A stretch of 64,000 nt of DNA from IMG/VR virus record IMGVR_UViG_3300037453_000152, one strand, 5' to 3'. The DNA comes from a virus (taxonomy: Duplodnaviria; Heunggongvirae; Uroviricota; Caudoviricetes). This document shows positions 20,868 through 31,349 of this stretch, piece after piece; within the stretch, counting starts at the first letter, position 1, and the number at the start of each line of letters is the position of its first letter. The notes under the pieces are model-generated. The model saw only the letters and a list, made by a program, of their open reading frames with translations. It had not been told where the DNA came from and made no database searches. The translations under genes and the position numbers were made by a program.

Positions 20868-21563
20868 ATGAAATGGATAGATACCATATCTCCGGACGCT
20901 GTTTTTACGGCTCAATGCCTGGCCGGAGCGGCCAAAGTAGAACGCGAGGCAGGTAAAACGATTTGCCCGCCCCAAGATTAGATTTTTAGGGCACTTGAAT
21001 TAACTCCTCCTGAGACAGTAAAAGTTGTTATCATTGGGCAAGACCCGTATCATACCCCAGGTCAAGCAAATGGATTAGCTTTTTCTATTGTGAACGGAAA
21101 TCCAATTCAGCCAAGTCTGCGCAACATATTCAAAGAACTTGTTAGCGATATTGGCTGCGAAATGCCGACAACCACAGATTTAACGCCGTGGGCGCAACAA
21201 GGAGTTCTACTTCTTAACGCTTCTTTAACCGTAGAAGCGCACAAACCAAATAGTCATTCTGGCTGGGGATGGGATAAGTTTACCTCAGAGATTTTTGCGG
21301 CCTGCGCAAAAATGGAGCAACCAATAGTCTTCCTCGCCTGGGGCAACTTTGCGCACGAAATAGTTTATAAATCTTTTCCAAAAGATACCAACTGGAGAAA
21401 CATTATCACATAGCAACATAAAGCGTGTCTTTTCTCAAGTCATCCAAGCCCACTAAGCGCCACGCGTGGAGCCAGTCCATTTATCGGGAGCCATTGTTTC
21501 TCTATAACAAATATGTGGCTAAAACAGATGGGCGCAAATGAAATAGATTGGAGGCTAAAATGA
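20868..21563 (+). CDS. ung: uracil-DNA glycosylase (2 in-frame TAG)
   Basis: GQDPYH, HPSPLSA and IDW motifs. TAGs at PPQD*IF and IIT*QH. Ends TGA at 21561. Confidence 0.75.
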
Positions 21564-21979
21564 TTATTTATACAGATGGAGCCTGCTCCGGAAATCCAGG
21601 TCCAGGAGGATTTGGAGTAGTCGTATTAGATGATGATGAAAATTTAATCACCTATCACTCGGAGCGCAGCGACAATACAACCAATAATCGGGAAGAATTG
21701 AAAGCTATTTTATGGTCTTTTTTGCGCTTTGGAGACAAATCTCCAGTAGTTTATAGTGATAGCGCATATGCTGTTAATACTCTAACCTCTTGGATGTTTA
21801 ATTGGGCAAAAAATGGATGGATTAAGTCTGATAATAAAACTCCAGAGAATTTAGATTTAATTAAGCCATTTTTTGAATATTGGCAAAAAGGATATAAAAT
21901 TAATTTATAGAAAGTTAAAGGTCATGCTGGAAATAAATGGAATGAATTTGCTGATAAACTAGCAACGGGTAAAATTTGA
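21560..21979 (+). CDS. rnhA: ribonuclease HI (1 in-frame TAG)
   Basis: [15 protein letters not shown]...TNNR.EL and VKGHAG after TAG 21908. ATGA overlap with ung. Ends TGA. Confidence 0.75.
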
Positions 21980-22004
21980 CTTATATAAAATTATATGATA
22001 TAAT
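21975..22004 (+). promoter_or_regulatory. sigma-A-type promoter (TTGACT-N18-TGaTATAAT)
   Basis: -35 at 21975-21980. Extended -10 at 21996-22004. Confidence 0.5.
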
Positions 22005-22027
22005 ATAAGTATATAAGGGAGGATAAT

Positions 22028-22267
22028 ATGGAAAAATAGATTTAGCTAATTAAAAAAGAATTAAAGCCTAATGATATTATAATTGTTAAGTTTGATATAG
22101 AAAAATGGGATATAGAAGAATGTGCTTGCAAATATAATGAAATAAAAGAAAAAATCCGTCATAATCCAGTCATTGGTCTGGTTGATGGTGTTGAATTATA
22201 GTTTGAAGATTGGGAACGTTTATACCAATATGTTATGTCTATTAAACCATAGAGAGGAGAAGATTGA
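22028..22267 (+). CDS. small hypothetical protein (79 codons, 4 in-frame TAG)
   Basis: RBS AGGGAGG then ATG at 22028. Frame open to TGA overlapping the gyrB-like start. Confidence 0.4.
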
Positions 22268-24174
22268 TGGCAGTAGATAAAACTTTATATACTGAGGAAA
22301 GTATTGAGTCGCTATCCCCATTAGAGTTTACTCGCCTGCGGCCGCAGGTATATTGTGGTGATACGACCTATTCTACTCAGCTTTTAGTTGAGATTTTCTC
22401 TAATGCGGTTGATGAATACCGGCTTGGTCACGGTTCAACAATTAACGTTTCTATTTTAGGAACAACTTGTATTGTTGAAGATAACGGCCAGGGATTTATT
22501 CCGAATAGTTTTAGAGACGATGGAAAAACAATTCTTGAAGCAGCATTTAGTGTCCTCAATACTTCTGGTAAATATAGAGAAGATGGAACTTACGAAGGAA
22601 CCTCGCTTGGTTCTTTTGGTATTGGTTCAAAACTACCAACCTTTTTAAGCCATTGGCTTGAAGTTATCACCTACAGAGATGGTGAATATGAGCATATCTG
22701 GTTTAAAGAGGGCGAGTTTGATAAAAGAGATTCTGGAAAGTGGGATAATAATACTACTGGAACACTAGTTCAGTGGCAACCAAGTGAAGAATTCTTTACT
22801 AATCCAGAAGTGAATATCAGTGAACTTAAAACACTATTTAAAACAGTATCTTGTCTTTGCCCTGGTTTAACTATTAAGTTAGATAATAACGGAGAAAAAA
22901 TCACTTATTTATCAACAAATGGTATTAATGACCTTGTAGATGATGCTGTTAAAGGCAAAGAATTAATTGACCATCGTTTTGATTTAAAATATGAGAATGG
23001 TAAGAATAAGATTGATATGGTAATGACCTATACATCAAATTATTCAATGACCATTGTTCCATATGTTAATACTGGTCTTACATCTGTTGGGCCACATATT
23101 ACCCAAATTAAATCTCTTTTAACCAGAGAATTTAATAAGTTTTTCAAAGATAAGAAGTGGTTAAAAGATGATGAAGAAAATCTCTCGGGTGATGACATCC
23201 AAGAGGGATTATATATTGTATTTAATATTACAGCGCCAAATGTCGCCTATGATGCGCAGGTTAAAACGCGTATCACAAAGATTGAAATGACCCCTTATAC
23301 TGCGGCAATCGCAGAGGAAATGCGCATTTGGTTGTTAAATAATGAGAAGGATATTAAAGCAATTGCGGACAAGGCTAAAATGGCTAAAAAGGCTCGCGAA
23401 GCGGCTGCTAAAGCTAGAGATGCTGTTCGTGATAAGCAAGCAAAGAAAGAAAAGGCTCTCAAATTTGATTCTAAATTGGCTGATTGTTTTAGCAAAGATA
23501 GAAAGAAATGTGAGATTTACATAACAGAGGGTGATTCTGCTTCTGGCAACATTAAGAGCGCAAGAGATAATGAGTTTCAGGCAGTTTTGCCTGTTAGAGG
23601 TAAAATCCTGAATGTTCATAAAGCAGATACCTCAAAAATCCAAAAGAACGCAGAAATTATGACTATGATGGATGCTTTTGGATTAGAGATTGACCCGAAA
23701 ACAATGAAAGTTACATATGATAAGAATAAGATTAGATATGGTAAAATTATCATTATGAGTGATGCTGATGTTGATGGTGCTCATATTAAAAATCTATTCT
23801 ATACATTTATTTGGAATTTCTGTCCTCAATTAATTGAAGATGGATTTATCTATGCCGGTGTTCCACCGCTTTATAAAATTACAACTTCAAAGGGTTATAA
23901 ATATTTAAAAAATGATGAAGCTCTTGAAGAATATAGAAAAGAAAACGTTGGAAAGAGTTATCTGGTCAACCGGATGAAGGGGCTTGGAGAGATGGACCCC
24001 GATGACACCGAAGAAACTCTTATTGACCCAGAGCAGAGAATTATCCGCAAAGTTACTATTAGCGATGCTAATGCTGCAGCGAAATTGTTTGATGACTTAA
24101 TGGGAACTGCGGTAACCCCAAGAAAAGAGTATATTAAAAATCATTCAGAGGAGGCAACGTACAATGCCGAATGA
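22267..24174 (+). CDS. gyrB: type IIA topoisomerase ATPase/Toprim subunit (GyrB/ParE-like)
   Basis: GHKL motif EIFSNAVDE and Toprim EGDSA. 636 aa. TAG-free. Confidence 0.85.
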   Translation: MAVDKTLYTEESIESLSPLEFTRLRPQVYCGDTTYSTQLLVEIFSNAVDEYRLGHGSTINVSILGTTCIVEDNGQGFIPNSFRDDGKTILEAAFSVLNTSGKYREDGTYEGTSLGSFGIGSKLPTFLSHWLEVITYRDGEYEHIWFKEGEFDKRDSGKWDNNTTGTLVQWQPSEEFFTNPEVNISELKTLFKTVSCLCPGLTIKLDNNGEKITYLSTNGINDLVDDAVKGKELIDHRFDLKYENGKNKIDMVMTYTSNYSMTIVPYVNTGLTSVGPHITQIKSLLTREFNKFFKDKKWLKDDEENLSGDDIQEGLYIVFNITAPNVAYDAQVKTRITKIEMTPYTAAIAEEMRIWLLNNEKDIKAIADKAKMAKKAREAAAKARDAVRDKQAKKEKALKFDSKLADCFSKDRKKCEIYITEGDSASGNIKSARDNEFQAVLPVRGKILNVHKADTSKIQKNAEIMTMMDAFGLEIDPKTMKVTYDKNKIRYGKIIIMSDADVDGAHIKNLFYTFIWNFCPQLIEDGFIYAGVPPLYKITTSKGYKYLKNDEALEEYRKENVGKSYLVNRMKGLGEMDPDDTEETLIDPEQRIIRKVTISDANAAAKLFDDLMGTAVTPRKEYIKNHSEEATYNAE

Positions 24175-24382
24175 TAGATTAACAACTAGAAACCAATGGG
24201 GAGAAGTGCTTTATTGCGGAAAATTTAAGCACGGAGAATATAAAGGCATTGGCGATATTCCAATAGACCTATCAAATGAAGCTGTAGAAGAAATCATTAC
24301 AAAACTTTATTATTTTGAAGAATATTTTGAAGAATTAACAAACCAATTGGAGGTAATCAATGGCAAACGAGATTCTAACTGA
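24164..24382 (+). CDS. small hypothetical protein between the topoisomerase subunits
   Basis: RBS AGAGGAGG. Intact ORF. Confidence 0.4.
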   Translation: MPNDRLTTRNQWGEVLYCGKFKHGEYKGIGDIPIDLSNEAVEEIITKLYYFEEYFEELTNQLEVINGKRDSN

Positions 24383-26708
24383 CCTTGTTGATGAACTTGG
24401 CACTAATTTTATTGAATATGCGGTTGCTGTTAATACCGACCGCTCAATTCCAGATGCTAAAACTGGTCTAAAGCCAGTAGCAAAGAGAATTATCTATGGA
24501 ACCTATGACCAAGGTTTTACTTCTAAAAAACCGCACGTTAAGTGTGCAAATATTGTTGGTAATGTAATGGCCGATTGGCACCCTCATGGTGATACTTCAA
24601 TCTATGGTGCGCTAACACGTTTGGCGCAAGATTGGGTAATGCGCTATCCTTTAATTGATTTCCATGGTAATAAAGGTAATCGTGATGGAGATGGGCCTGC
24701 GGCTTACCGATATACAGAAGCGCGTTTATCAACTTTAGTTGAAGATGGTATGTTAATAGGAATGAAAAAAGGAGTAGTTGATACTGTTCCTAATTATTCT
24801 GAAACAAAAGATGAACCTATAACTTTACCATCATATTTTCCAAATTTGCTATGCAATCCAAATACTGGTATTGGAATTGCGATGGCGTGTAACTGGGCTC
24901 CACATAACTTAAACGAAGTAGCGCAAGCTATCTTTGATTATATGGATGGTAAGGAGCCAATGCTCCCAGGTCCAGATTTTCCAACAGGTGGATTAGTCAT
25001 TAATAAAGATGATATTCCAAACATTATGCGCACTGGACGTGGAACTGTTAAGATTAGAGGAAAATACAATATTGAGGGAAATAATATTGTATTCTATGAA
25101 ATTCCTTATGGAGTTATCACCGAAAGTCTTATGGAACAAATTGGTAAGGCTTGCGAAGATGGCGATATTGAAGGAATTAAGCACATTCGCAATGAAAGCA
25201 CAAATAAAAAAGGATTTAGACTTGTGCTTGAATGTGAGAAAGATGCTAAATTAAATACTATTATTAATCAATTATTTAAGTCAACAGATTTACAAAGTTC
25301 TTTTTCTTATAATATGGTTGGCTTAATTAGTAAAACTCCTACAGAGTTAAATTTAACAGATTGTTGTAAAATCTATATTGAACATAATACTGATTGTATC
25401 TGTAGAGAAGTTAAATATGATTTAAAGAAAACCGAAGCAAAACTTGAAATTGATAATGGTTTGCTGAAGGCTCTTGAAGATATTGACAATATTATTGCGT
25501 TGATTAAGGAATCGAAGTCTGCAGCAGCCGCTCGTGCGGAGCTGTGCTCCAGATATGATTTTACTGAAGCCCAGGCGCAGGCTATTACAGATATGCGACT
25601 TGGTAAACTCGCAGGATTAGAAAAGATTGAATTGAATGAAGAAATTGAAGGTTTAAAGGAAGAAATTAATCATTATAACGCAATCCTTGAGAACCCCCTT
25701 CAAGAACTTCAAGTAAGGCTTCGCGCAATTGTGAGTAAATATGGCGATGCCAGAAGAACAGAATTAACTCAAATTGCAGAAACAAAAGACGCCGAAGAAA
25801 AGAAAATTGCGGCAATTCCTCCAGAAAAAGTTGTTGTTGTTCTTACGGAAGCTGGCAGTATCAAGCGTATTCCGGCCACATCATTCCGCGCACAGCGCAG
25901 AGCTGGTAAGGGTGTAAAAACACAGGATGAAATTACTTCAATGGTATTAAGAACTAATACAGTTGATAGCCTGATGGTGTTCACCGACCAAGGTAATATG
26001 TATCGTCTTATCGTAGATGATATTCCAGAAGGAACAAACACATCAAAGGGAACTCCTGTGCGCGCACTCGTTTCTATGAACCCTGGAGAGAAACCGGTTT
26101 TGATTTATTCAATCTATCGTGATACAGATGCCAAATATGTTGTTTTCGTATCAAAGCAGGGATACGTCAAGCGCACCGCGCTTGAGGAATATACTGGAGT
26201 TAAGAAAAAGGCTGGTATTAAAGCACTTGGTTTCCATGGAGATGATAGCCTGGCCGCAGTATTCCTCGCTAATGAAGAGCAAATTCTAATTCTTTCAAAA
26301 GATGGATATATTATCAGATGTAAAGGAACAGATTTCCCAACTGCTGGAAGAACAGCAATGGGCAATAAGGGTATTAATTTACGCGATGGTGATGAAGTTA
26401 TTACAGCATTACCAATCAGAAATGAAACAGATACTCTTGCTATGTTCTCAAAAACTGGTATGGGTAAAAAAGTTAAGTTATCTAACTTCCCAATTCAAGC
26501 CAGAAATGGTCGTGGAACTATTGGAATGAAAGATGAAAAACTTGCCGCAGCTTGCCTAGTTTCAGACGGGGATTTGATTCTTGTTTGCGGCGATAAGACT
26601 TCTTTATGTGTCAAAGCAGAAGAACTCCCAGAGGCAAGTTCAAAATATACCATTGGAAACATCGTTATTAAAGGTAATACAAATATTTTAAGTGTTAGTA
26701 AGGTATAA
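24360..26708 (+). CDS. gyrA: type IIA topoisomerase subunit A (GyrA/ParC-like)
   Basis: Catalytic-Tyr region AAYRYTEARL. 782 aa. TAG-free. Confidence 0.85.
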   Translation: MANEILTDLVDELGTNFIEYAVAVNTDRSIPDAKTGLKPVAKRIIYGTYDQGFTSKKPHVKCANIVGNVMADWHPHGDTSIYGALTRLAQDWVMRYPLIDFHGNKGNRDGDGPAAYRYTEARLSTLVEDGMLIGMKKGVVDTVPNYSETKDEPITLPSYFPNLLCNPNTGIGIAMACNWAPHNLNEVAQAIFDYMDGKEPMLPGPDFPTGGLVINKDDIPNIMRTGRGTVKIRGKYNIEGNNIVFYEIPYGVITESLMEQIGKACEDGDIEGIKHIRNESTNKKGFRLVLECEKDAKLNTIINQLFKSTDLQSSFSYNMVGLISKTPTELNLTDCCKIYIEHNTDCICREVKYDLKKTEAKLEIDNGLLKALEDIDNIIALIKESKSAAAARAELCSRYDFTEAQAQAITDMRLGKLAGLEKIELNEEIEGLKEEINHYNAILENPLQELQVRLRAIVSKYGDARRTELTQIAETKDAEEKKIAAIPPEKVVVVLTEAGSIKRIPATSFRAQRRAGKGVKTQDEITSMVLRTNTVDSLMVFTDQGNMYRLIVDDIPEGTNTSKGTPVRALVSMNPGEKPVLIYSIYRDTDAKYVVFVSKQGYVKRTALEEYTGVKKKAGIKALGFHGDDSLAAVFLANEEQILILSKDGYIIRCKGTDFPTAGRTAMGNKGINLRDGDEVITALPIRNETDTLAMFSKTGMGKKVKLSNFPIQARNGRGTIGMKDEKLAAACLVSDGDLILVCGDKTSLCVKAEELPEASSKYTIGNIVIKGNTNILSVSKV

Positions 26709-26710
26709 AC

Positions 26711-26739
26711 TTGAATTATATAAAAAATTTTTATATAAT
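26711..26739 (+). promoter_or_regulatory. sigma-A-type promoter (TTGAAT-N17-TATAAT)
   Basis: -35 at 26711-26716 and -10 at 26734-26739. Confidence 0.45.
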
Positions 26740-26770
26740 ATAAATATAAAGTAAGGAGTAGATTGTAGCG

Positions 26771-28702
26771 ATGACGGCTATGGAAGAAATGCGAAAATTA
26801 GTTGATGAATTAAACTATTTAACCGCAAAATATGATGAAGGTCATTCTGAAATCTCTGACAAGCAATGGGATGATATGTATTTTAAACTCCTTGCTTTAG
26901 AAAATGAAACTAATTTTCGCTATGACGATTCGCCAACTCAACAAATTTCATATGAAGTAGTAACTTCTCTTCCGAAAATTCAACATAACCATAAAATGTT
27001 GTCTTTAGATAAGACAAAGAGCGTGGAAGACGTTCAAAGTTTTATTGGGAATCATGACTATGTTGCTATGGCAAAGATGGATGGTTTAACTTGTTCTTTG
27101 CGTTATTTAAATGGAAAACTAGTTACCGCAGAAACAAGAGGTAATGGCATTATTGGTGAAGATATTACTCATAATGCTAAAGTAATTCCATCAATACCTA
27201 ATGAAGTTGCTTATAAGTCTGAATTAATTGTTGATGGCGAAATAGTGTGCGTAGCACACGATTTTCAAACCTTTGCTAAAGATTTCAAGAATCCAAGAAA
27301 TTTTGCGGCGGGCTCTATTAGACTTTTAGATGCTAATGAGTGCGCCCGCCGCAAATTGACCTTTATCGCTTGGGATGTAGTTAAAGGGTTTGAAGAAGAA
27401 AATTCATTCGTTAAAAAACTTTCTTTATTAAGTCAATATAATTTTTCTATTGTTCCTTGGACGCAAGAAAATATTACTTATGCCATTAAGGATATTCAAG
27501 ACTTATGTTTTGAACAAGGCTATCCAATAGATGGATTAGTATTCAAATTTGACGATATTGACTACGGAAAATCTTTAGGAGAAACTTCCCACCACTTTAA
27601 AAATGCTATTGCTTACAAGTTCTATGATGATGAATATGAGACAACCTTAAAAGATATTGAGTGGTCAATGGGAAGAACCGGTGTATTAACTCCAATAGCA
27701 ATCTATGATGATATTGAAATAGATGGAGCAATTTGTAATAGAGCAAGTTTACATAATTTAAATATTAGAGAAGAATTACTTGGCAATTTTCCTTATAAAG
27801 GAGAAAAAATCTGGATTTATAAGGCTAATATGATAATCCCTCAAATTAGTAAAGCAGAAAAAAGAATTTCTTTTGAAGATTTTCATTTTGATATTCCAAA
27901 AGTCTGTCCTATTTGCGGCGAGCCAACAGAAATAATTACTTCTGACACTAATACTAACGAATTATACTGCTCAAATCCTAATTGCGAAGGCAAATTAATT
28001 AATCAAATTAACCATTTTCTTGGTAAAAAAGGTCTTGACGTTAAGGGAATTTCGGAGGCAACTCTTGAAAAACTGATTAGTTGGGGCTGGGTAAATAGTA
28101 TATTAGATATGTATAATCTTGAGCAATATAAGCAAGAGTGGATTTTAAAGCCGGGTTTTGGTGTTAAATCAGTAGAAAATAATCTAAATGCTATTGCCGC
28201 AAGTAAAGAGTGTCAATTAGATAAATTTATTTGCGCCATTGGAATTCCTCTTATTGGCACATCAATGTCTAAAACTCTCGCAAAAACATTTAAAACTTGG
28301 GAAAGTTTTAGAGACGCAGTAAATTCTCATTTTGATTTTACACTTTTGGAAGACTTCGGCTGGACAACAGAAGATAGTATTTTAAAATTTGACTATTCAC
28401 AGGCTGATGAATTGGCTAAAATATTAAATATTACCTATGAAGAACCAGAAGAGAGTAATAATCAAAGTTTGAAAGATATGAAGATTGCTATTACAGGAAC
28501 TTTACATCATTTTAAGAACCGCGCAGAATTGGAACAAGCAATTGCGGCCGCCGGTGGAAAGAGTGTTTCATCGGTGACAAAAAACACGAGTATCTTAATT
28601 AATAATGATGCTCAATCCAATTCTTCAAAGAATTTGACGGCAAAAAAGTTAAATATCCCAATTCTTACCGAAGAAGAATTTTTAAAAAAATATCTTGACT
28701 AA
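26771..28702 (+). CDS. ligA: NAD-dependent DNA ligase
   Basis: KMDGL adenylation motif, Cys4 zinc finger and C-terminal BRCT. 643 aa. TAG-free. Confidence 0.85.
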   Translation: MTAMEEMRKLVDELNYLTAKYDEGHSEISDKQWDDMYFKLLALENETNFRYDDSPTQQISYEVVTSLPKIQHNHKMLSLDKTKSVEDVQSFIGNHDYVAMAKMDGLTCSLRYLNGKLVTAETRGNGIIGEDITHNAKVIPSIPNEVAYKSELIVDGEIVCVAHDFQTFAKDFKNPRNFAAGSIRLLDANECARRKLTFIAWDVVKGFEEENSFVKKLSLLSQYNFSIVPWTQENITYAIKDIQDLCFEQGYPIDGLVFKFDDIDYGKSLGETSHHFKNAIAYKFYDDEYETTLKDIEWSMGRTGVLTPIAIYDDIEIDGAICNRASLHNLNIREELLGNFPYKGEKIWIYKANMIIPQISKAEKRISFEDFHFDIPKVCPICGEPTEIITSDTNTNELYCSNPNCEGKLINQINHFLGKKGLDVKGISEATLEKLISWGWVNSILDMYNLEQYKQEWILKPGFGVKSVENNLNAIAASKECQLDKFICAIGIPLIGTSMSKTLAKTFKTWESFRDAVNSHFDFTLLEDFGWTTEDSILKFDYSQADELAKILNITYEEPEESNNQSLKDMKIAITGTLHHFKNRAELEQAIAAAGGKSVSSVTKNTSILINNDAQSNSSKNLTAKKLNIPILTEEEFLKKYLD

Positions 28703-28756
28703 TAAAAAAATTTTTTATATAATAAATCTGTAAAAATTAAGGATGAAAAAATTTTA

Positions 28757-28948
28757 ATGAAAGCAAAAGAATTAAGGAAGTTGGCCCAGCAAATGGCTAA
28801 CTTAGAGTTGATTATCGAACGTAGCGACGATACTGAGGAAGTGCGTAAGGCTCAAAACGAGATTATTCACTTATCAGGAAAACTTGACCCAGAAGATATG
28901 TTTGAAATTGACGAATTAATCCAAAATATTTTAGAGAAAAATACTTGA
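28757..28948 (+). CDS. hypothetical protein
   Basis: Intact ORF with its own promoter-like motif upstream. Confidence 0.45.
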   Translation: MKAKELRKLAQQMANLELIIERSDDTEEVRKAQNEIIHLSGKLDPEDMFEIDELIQNILEKNT

Positions 28949-28973
28949 CAAAGAAAAAATTTTTTATTATAAT
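28945..28973 (+). promoter_or_regulatory. sigma-A consensus promoter (TTGACA-N17-TATAAT)
   Basis: -35 at 28945-28950 and -10 at 28968-28973. Confidence 0.55.
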
Positions 28974-29036
28974 TTTTACACAAGGTAGAAAATACCGAAG
29001 AAAAAAAATGTTTTAATTAAAAAGGAGAAATTTATT

Positions 29037-29303
29037 ATGGCTATGAAGGAAAATTCTAAGAAAGTTCTTGAGTATTTGAAGACTGTCCAGGGTCAGGACG
29101 TTACTGCTGCTGATGTTGCTGAGGCTCTCGGTTTGGAGAAGCGTTCAGTTGATGGCATTTTCACAAGTGCTATTCAGCGCAAGAATCTTGGTATCCGCAC
29201 TCCTGCTGAGATCGAGCTGTCTGATGGCTCTCACAAGGCTGTCAAGTTCCTTAGTCTGACTGATGCTGGCATGGCCTTCGATCCTGACGCGGACGAAGAG
29301 TAA
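29037..29303 (+). CDS. small acidic protein with atypical GC-rich codon usage
   Basis: RBS AAAAGGAGA. Third positions are G/C-rich, unlike the neighbouring genes. Strong terminator downstream. Confidence 0.55.
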   Translation: MAMKENSKKVLEYLKTVQGQDVTAADVAEALGLEKRSVDGIFTSAIQRKNLGIRTPAEIELSDGSHKAVKFLSLTDAGMAFDPDADEE

Positions 29304-29316
29304 TTAAATTATATTA

Positions 29317-29350
29317 GGGGTGGTTTTTTTACCACCCCATTTTATTTATT
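29317..29350 (+). terminator. rho-independent terminator
   Basis: GGGGTGGT / ACCACCCC hairpin plus a T-run. Confidence 0.7.
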
Positions 29351-30360
29351 TGACTATTTTGTATATTTTTCTTGGCTTGATATTGGGTAGTGCAGGAGTT
29401 TATTTAATATTAAGACCAAGATTAAAACAATTTATTTAGTTAGATGAAAAAACCAAAAATTAGAATGAAGAATTAGAACAAAAAAATAAAATATTATCAT
29501 CTGAAAATATTGCTTTATTAGATGAATAGAAAGTTAAACTTAATTAGTTGGCTGGACTTAAAGAATCTTGTTCCGCAGCAGAGTCCAAAAGAGATGAATT
29601 AAATAGGGCTTTACAGAACTTAAAGGAAACTCAAGAAAGGGCTGCAAATGATCTATATAGTTAGGCTTTAAATATCGCTGAAAATAGTTATCAAAAGGAA
29701 GTTGATAGAATTAGCGATGATTTGTTCCAAAAGAGAGAAGAAGCCAAACAGATTTATTTAGACCTTTTGGAAGAGGGCGCAACTGAATACCAAGAAGCAA
29801 TTGAGTCAAAATAGAAAGAGTTTTCATATTGGAACGAACGAATAATTGCGCTTCAGCAAGATGTTTAGACTGCATTAGATGCGGCTTAGCGCAAGTTAGA
29901 AATGGAACAAAAGCAAGATTATTATCGGGTATGTCTGTCAATAGATGATGTAAATGAGGTAAAACGCTTGCGCGAAGTGCTTCCATATTTAAGAGATAAA
30001 ACCCCATTAAACAAAGTTATTTATAAAGTTTATTATGAGCGTCCTCTCACCGACATGATTGGCAGAGTTATTGGCCCAGGCGTTCATACTGGCATTTATA
30101 AAATAACAAATATTGAAAATCAAATGTGTTATGTCGGCCAAGCCGCAAATATCGCAGACCGCTGGAAGCAGCACGTCAAGCGAGGAGTCGGCGCAGAAGA
30201 CTGGACACAAAACAAACTTTACCCAGCAATGTATTCTCTTGGAGTTGAGAATTTTACATTTGAAGTTATAGAAGAGTGTGACCGTTCTCAACTAAATGAC
30301 CGAGAAGATTACTGGCAAAATTATTTTCACGCAAAAGATTTTGGATATAGTATTAAGTGA
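29350..30360 (+). CDS. TM-helix plus coiled-coil protein fused in frame to a C-terminal GIY-YIG nuclease domain (9 in-frame TAG). Start uncertain. ATG 29902 is an alternative internal start
   Basis: Frame has no TAA/TGA from 29308 to TGA 30358. N-terminus LTILYIFLGLILGSAGVYLIL. C-terminus GIYKITN...YVGQAANIADRWKQH...ENFTFEVIEEC. Confidence 0.45.
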
Positions 30361-30369
30361 GGAATAATA

Positions 30370-30645
30370 GTGTATAGAGTTATTGATGGTAGAGGCTCCG
30401 GAAAAACGGGCCGTCTGATGTTATTAGCAAAAGAAAACAATGGAGTTTTGGTTTGTTACAATCCAGATGCTATGAGATACAAGGCAAGAGCATATGGATT
30501 AGTTGGTTTTGACATTATATCTTATCGTGATTTTGTAGATAAAAATTATGAAACTGAAAAGCCTGTTTTTATTGATGAATTAGAACTGTTTTTAAAAAGA
30601 GAATTTGGCAATTTTGCAGGTTACTCCTTAACAAATGAGGATTAA
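30370..30645 (+). CDS. small P-loop protein
   Basis: GRGSGKTG motif. Confidence 0.45.
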   Translation: MYRVIDGRGSGKTGRLMLLAKENNGVLVCYNPDAMRYKARAYGLVGFDIISYRDFVDKNYETEKPVFIDELELFLKREFGNFAGYSLTNED

Positions 30646-30647
30646 TT

Positions 30648-31280
30648 ATGAGTGTAGTAAGTAATGTAAAAATTTATGATTTAGAGGAAAGCATTATTGC
30701 TTCTGGATACCCAATGCGCACCGAGGTAGGGATGCGCGAAATGGAAGAAAAAGACATTTCTCGCGGAAAGAAATTGGTTGATGCTACAAAAACTGGTAAT
30801 CAGGCTCATAATCAGTTTTTAACTGGAATTAGAGTTAATTTTGATCTAACTTTCTCAAATAAGGCCTGGGTTGAAGCGGAGCGGTATCGCTTCCTTGAAT
30901 TCGTTTCTTCGCAGTCTACAATGCATAGAATTACAAAGTTTGACCTTGATAAAGCTTATAACGAGTTTGTAGACCCGCGCATTATTCAAGTTATGAAAGA
31001 AAAAGTAGCAGAATATAATGCGTGGAAAGAAGAGCCAGAAGTAATTATGAATGACTATAGCATTAGTAAAGATGAATATAATGAACTGTTAAGAAGAAAA
31101 TATCTTGAAATTCTTTATTCTAATCCTGCTGGTTTTATTTTAACTGCGCGAATGACCACAAATTATCGCTGTTTGCGCAATATTTACATTCAACGTAAAG
31201 ACCATCGCCTCCCAGAATGGCGCGAATTTTGTAAATGGATTGAGACTCTCCCATTTGCAGAAGAATTTTTGATTAATTGA
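30648..31280 (+). CDS. hypothetical protein
   Basis: Intact 210-aa ORF. Confidence 0.5.
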   Translation: MSVVSNVKIYDLEESIIASGYPMRTEVGMREMEEKDISRGKKLVDATKTGNQAHNQFLTGIRVNFDLTFSNKAWVEAERYRFLEFVSSQSTMHRITKFDLDKAYNEFVDPRIIQVMKEKVAEYNAWKEEPEVIMNDYSISKDEYNELLRRKYLEILYSNPAGFILTARMTTNYRCLRNIYIQRKDHRLPEWREFCKWIETLPFAEEFLIN

Positions 31281-31287
31281 TTAAAAT

Positions 31288-31316
31288 TTGATTTTTAAAT
31301 AAAATTTTGATATAAT
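31288..31316 (+). promoter_or_regulatory. sigma-A-type promoter (TTGATT-N17-TATAAT)
   Basis: -35 at 31288-31293 and -10 at 31311-31316. Confidence 0.45.
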
Positions 31317-31349
31317 AGATATATAAAGTAAAGAAAGGTTTTAAATATT

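Noticed and set aside
23295-23619. Antisense ORFs inside gyrB-like gene
   Set aside because: They arise from a low-complexity Lys/Ala-rich stretch. The sense frame has clear homology.
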